NCBI GenBank assembly: GCA_041661385.1
Contig: JBAZUP010000002.1
Location: forward strand, 78,670-142,669
Reading direction: 5' to 3'
DNA from: Patescibacteria group bacterium
Lineage (GTDB): Bacteria; Patescibacteriota; Patescibacteriia; Magasanikbacterales; GWA2-37-8
Length of the DNA: 64,000 nt
Positions 62,348-64,000 of the stretch are shown one piece after another. The notes under the pieces were generated by a model. It was given only the letters and a program-made list of their open reading frames with translations, had not been told where the DNA came from and searched no databases. A program made the translations under genes and the position numbers. Every line of letters starts with the position of its first letter. Position 1 is the first letter of the stretch.

Positions 62348-62875
62348 ATGCGTAAGCATAATTTAGTCGGTTTATTGGGGGTGGCCGCAGCCACAATTAT
62401 TTTGGGCGCTGGGTGTAGTTCGGCGCCTGGTTATCAGGATAATGCGGCAATTAATCCAGTCGGGGATGGGTATAAAAATCAACCGATTGCGTCTAGTCCA
62501 ACGCCGTCGCCAGCCGCGAACAACCCGCAAACACCCGCAAGTCAAAAGCTTTCCGATCAACCTTATGCGCAATATGCGTATCTGATTTCTAGTCCAACAC
62601 TTAGTGCTGATGCGAAACTGGCTTTGACTGGATTTCAAATGACCAAGAAAGCAAATGCGGACGGTTCGATACAATTTACTTTAAAGGCGCTTAAAACAGA
62701 ATACCGCGACCAAGTTTACACCTTGCAACCCGGACAGCAGCTATATTTCATCGAAAAATTCTTACAGGATGATGACCAAGAAGCCAATGAAGATAAGAAT
62801 ATAAAAGATGATTTGGCTGTGATTGTCGACAAAGATGGTAATGTTGTAGGGGAGCCGGCAAGCTTCAGTAAATAA
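62348..62875 (+). CDS. Putative lipoprotein
   Basis: LGAGC lipobox; Pro-rich linker. Confidence 0.75.
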   Translation: MRKHNLVGLLGVAAATIILGAGCSSAPGYQDNAAINPVGDGYKNQPIASSPTPSPAANNPQTPASQKLSDQPYAQYAYLISSPTLSADAKLALTGFQMTKKANADGSIQFTLKALKTEYRDQVYTLQPGQQLYFIEKFLQDDDQEANEDKNIKDDLAVIVDKDGNVVGEPASFSK

Positions 62876-62925
62876 GTAATTATTAAAAAACCACCCAAAC
62901 GGGTGGTTTTTTGTTAGCAATATTT

Positions 62926-64000
62926 TTAACCCAAACTCTTGCGAAGTAATGCCGCTTCTTTAATCAGCTCCGCGACTGGTTCTTTTTTTTGAACGCGAGC
63001 GTAAATTTCTTCCGAAAGGATTTGGTGCTGTTTTTCTTCAAAAGTATTAGGCCCCAGTTCAGTGCCCAAATATTCCTCGATTGCTTCTACATCTTGCCGA
63101 ATTCCTTCCCAAGCCGGAGACTGCAAAGCCAAATCTTTCAAAACATTTTTGTTTAAATAATGTCCGGCGCGTTTAAGATCAGCTTTAATATTGATGTAAT
63201 ATTTTTCCACCAATTTGAGATTTTCTTTTTGAGCTAATCCAATTTCGCGAAGGCCGCGACCAGTACCGATAAGTTCGGGAGGTACGCCGATAGAATAAAG
63301 CGCGCCAGTGAAACCGATTGCGCGTGGGAGGCGGACTTTGCCGACTCCGCGGGAATAACCAAACAGGCCGATATGCTGAACGCGTTCGCGGCGTTTTGGT
63401 AAAAGTTTTGCGACATCATTTACAAGGCCGGCAATTCCTTCCACGGCTTCACGGTAATAATTTTCAAAAATACCGCAAAATTTTTCCAATTGTTTTTCTT
63501 CTTCGTCTGACACCTTCATTGGTTCGCCTTTGGGAAGTTCTGTTTCTAGTTTTTTGATAGCTTCAATAACCATTTCTTTCGGATAATCATAACGGAAAGC
63601 GCTTTGGAGTAGGGCGGTTCGGACGCCTTTGTATTCGTTGATAAAAAGTTCCGGCGCATCGGGCCTGAGGCCGCCGCGGAAAGGGAGCGAAGCAGAACCG
63701 ATAATTGGATACATTTTAATTCCTAATTCTTTTTCCAGTTTTGCGTAACGGGACAAGGCGATTTTAATCGCAAGTACAGTCGGTACAGTTCCCGAATTGA
63801 GCGCCGGGTCCGAGCGGGCCATGTAAGGGCGTACGTAGGGAGGAAGTTTATTAAATTTTGCTTTGTGAAGATCTAGATATTTTCGGAGTATGCCATCGGA
63901 ATTAATAATCGTGCCAACTTGTTCAAAAAGAGGAATTACTTCAAGGTGATGAAAAGCACTGGTGCCAAGCTTATATAAACGATGTTTAAGCTGAGTTAAC
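62926..64000 (-). CDS. ppcA: Archaeal-type phosphoenolpyruvate carboxylase, 5'-truncated by window edge
   Basis: EVIPLFE, VRPYMARSDPALNSG, SLPFRG, QSAFRYD, HIGLFGYSR, LPRAIGFT..G.PPELIG. Confidence 0.92.
   Translation of the reverse strand, partial: LTQLKHRLYKLGTSAFHHLEVIPLFEQVGTIINSDGILRKYLDLHKAKFNKLPPYVRPYMARSDPALNSGTVPTVLAIKIALSRYAKLEKELGIKMYPIIGSASLPFRGGLRPDAPELFINEYKGVRTALLQSAFRYDYPKEMVIEAIKKLETELPKGEPMKVSDEEEKQLEKFCGIFENYYREAVEGIAGLVNDVAKLLPKRRERVQHIGLFGYSRGVGKVRLPRAIGFTGALYSIGVPPELIGTGRGLREIGLAQKENLKLVEKYYINIKADLKRAGHYLNKNVLKDLALQSPAWEGIRQDVEAIEEYLGTELGPNTFEEKQHQILSEEIYARVQKKEPVAELIKEAALLRKSLG

Overview
AT-rich bacterial chromosome segment whose gene content and 16S sequence point to Patescibacteria/CPR (Parcubacteria-like; finer placement needs a 16S search). 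It carries housekeeping genes (tsaC, rsmA, clpP, smc, rpsP, khpA, trmD, rlmD-like, archaeal-type ppcA), a stand-alone 16S rRNA gene, five tRNAs (Phe, Pro, Asn, Val, Ile), a 2634-aa Cys-rich protein beside a VirB6/PrgI/VirB4/ComF cluster, a lipid-phosphate enzyme cluster, an ApbE/FMN-lipoprotein pair, and a ~7 kb serine-recombinase island in tRNA-Asn with an AAA-ATPase/S8-protease (IetAS-like) cargo. The most notable unannotated signals are: (1) a 16-codon Asn-rich leader peptide with mutually exclusive antiterminator/terminator hairpins directly upstream of tRNA-Asn, i.e. an apparent ribosome-stalling attenuator controlling a tRNA gene; (2) a structured ~110-130 bp element behind three different tRNA loci whose ends copy the cognate tRNA's T-loop (inverted) and 3' end (direct); (3) an intact, inverted copy of the island's own attP junction just upstream of the recombinase, linked to alternative recombinase C-termini. 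All product calls come from motif recognition by eye, not database searches.
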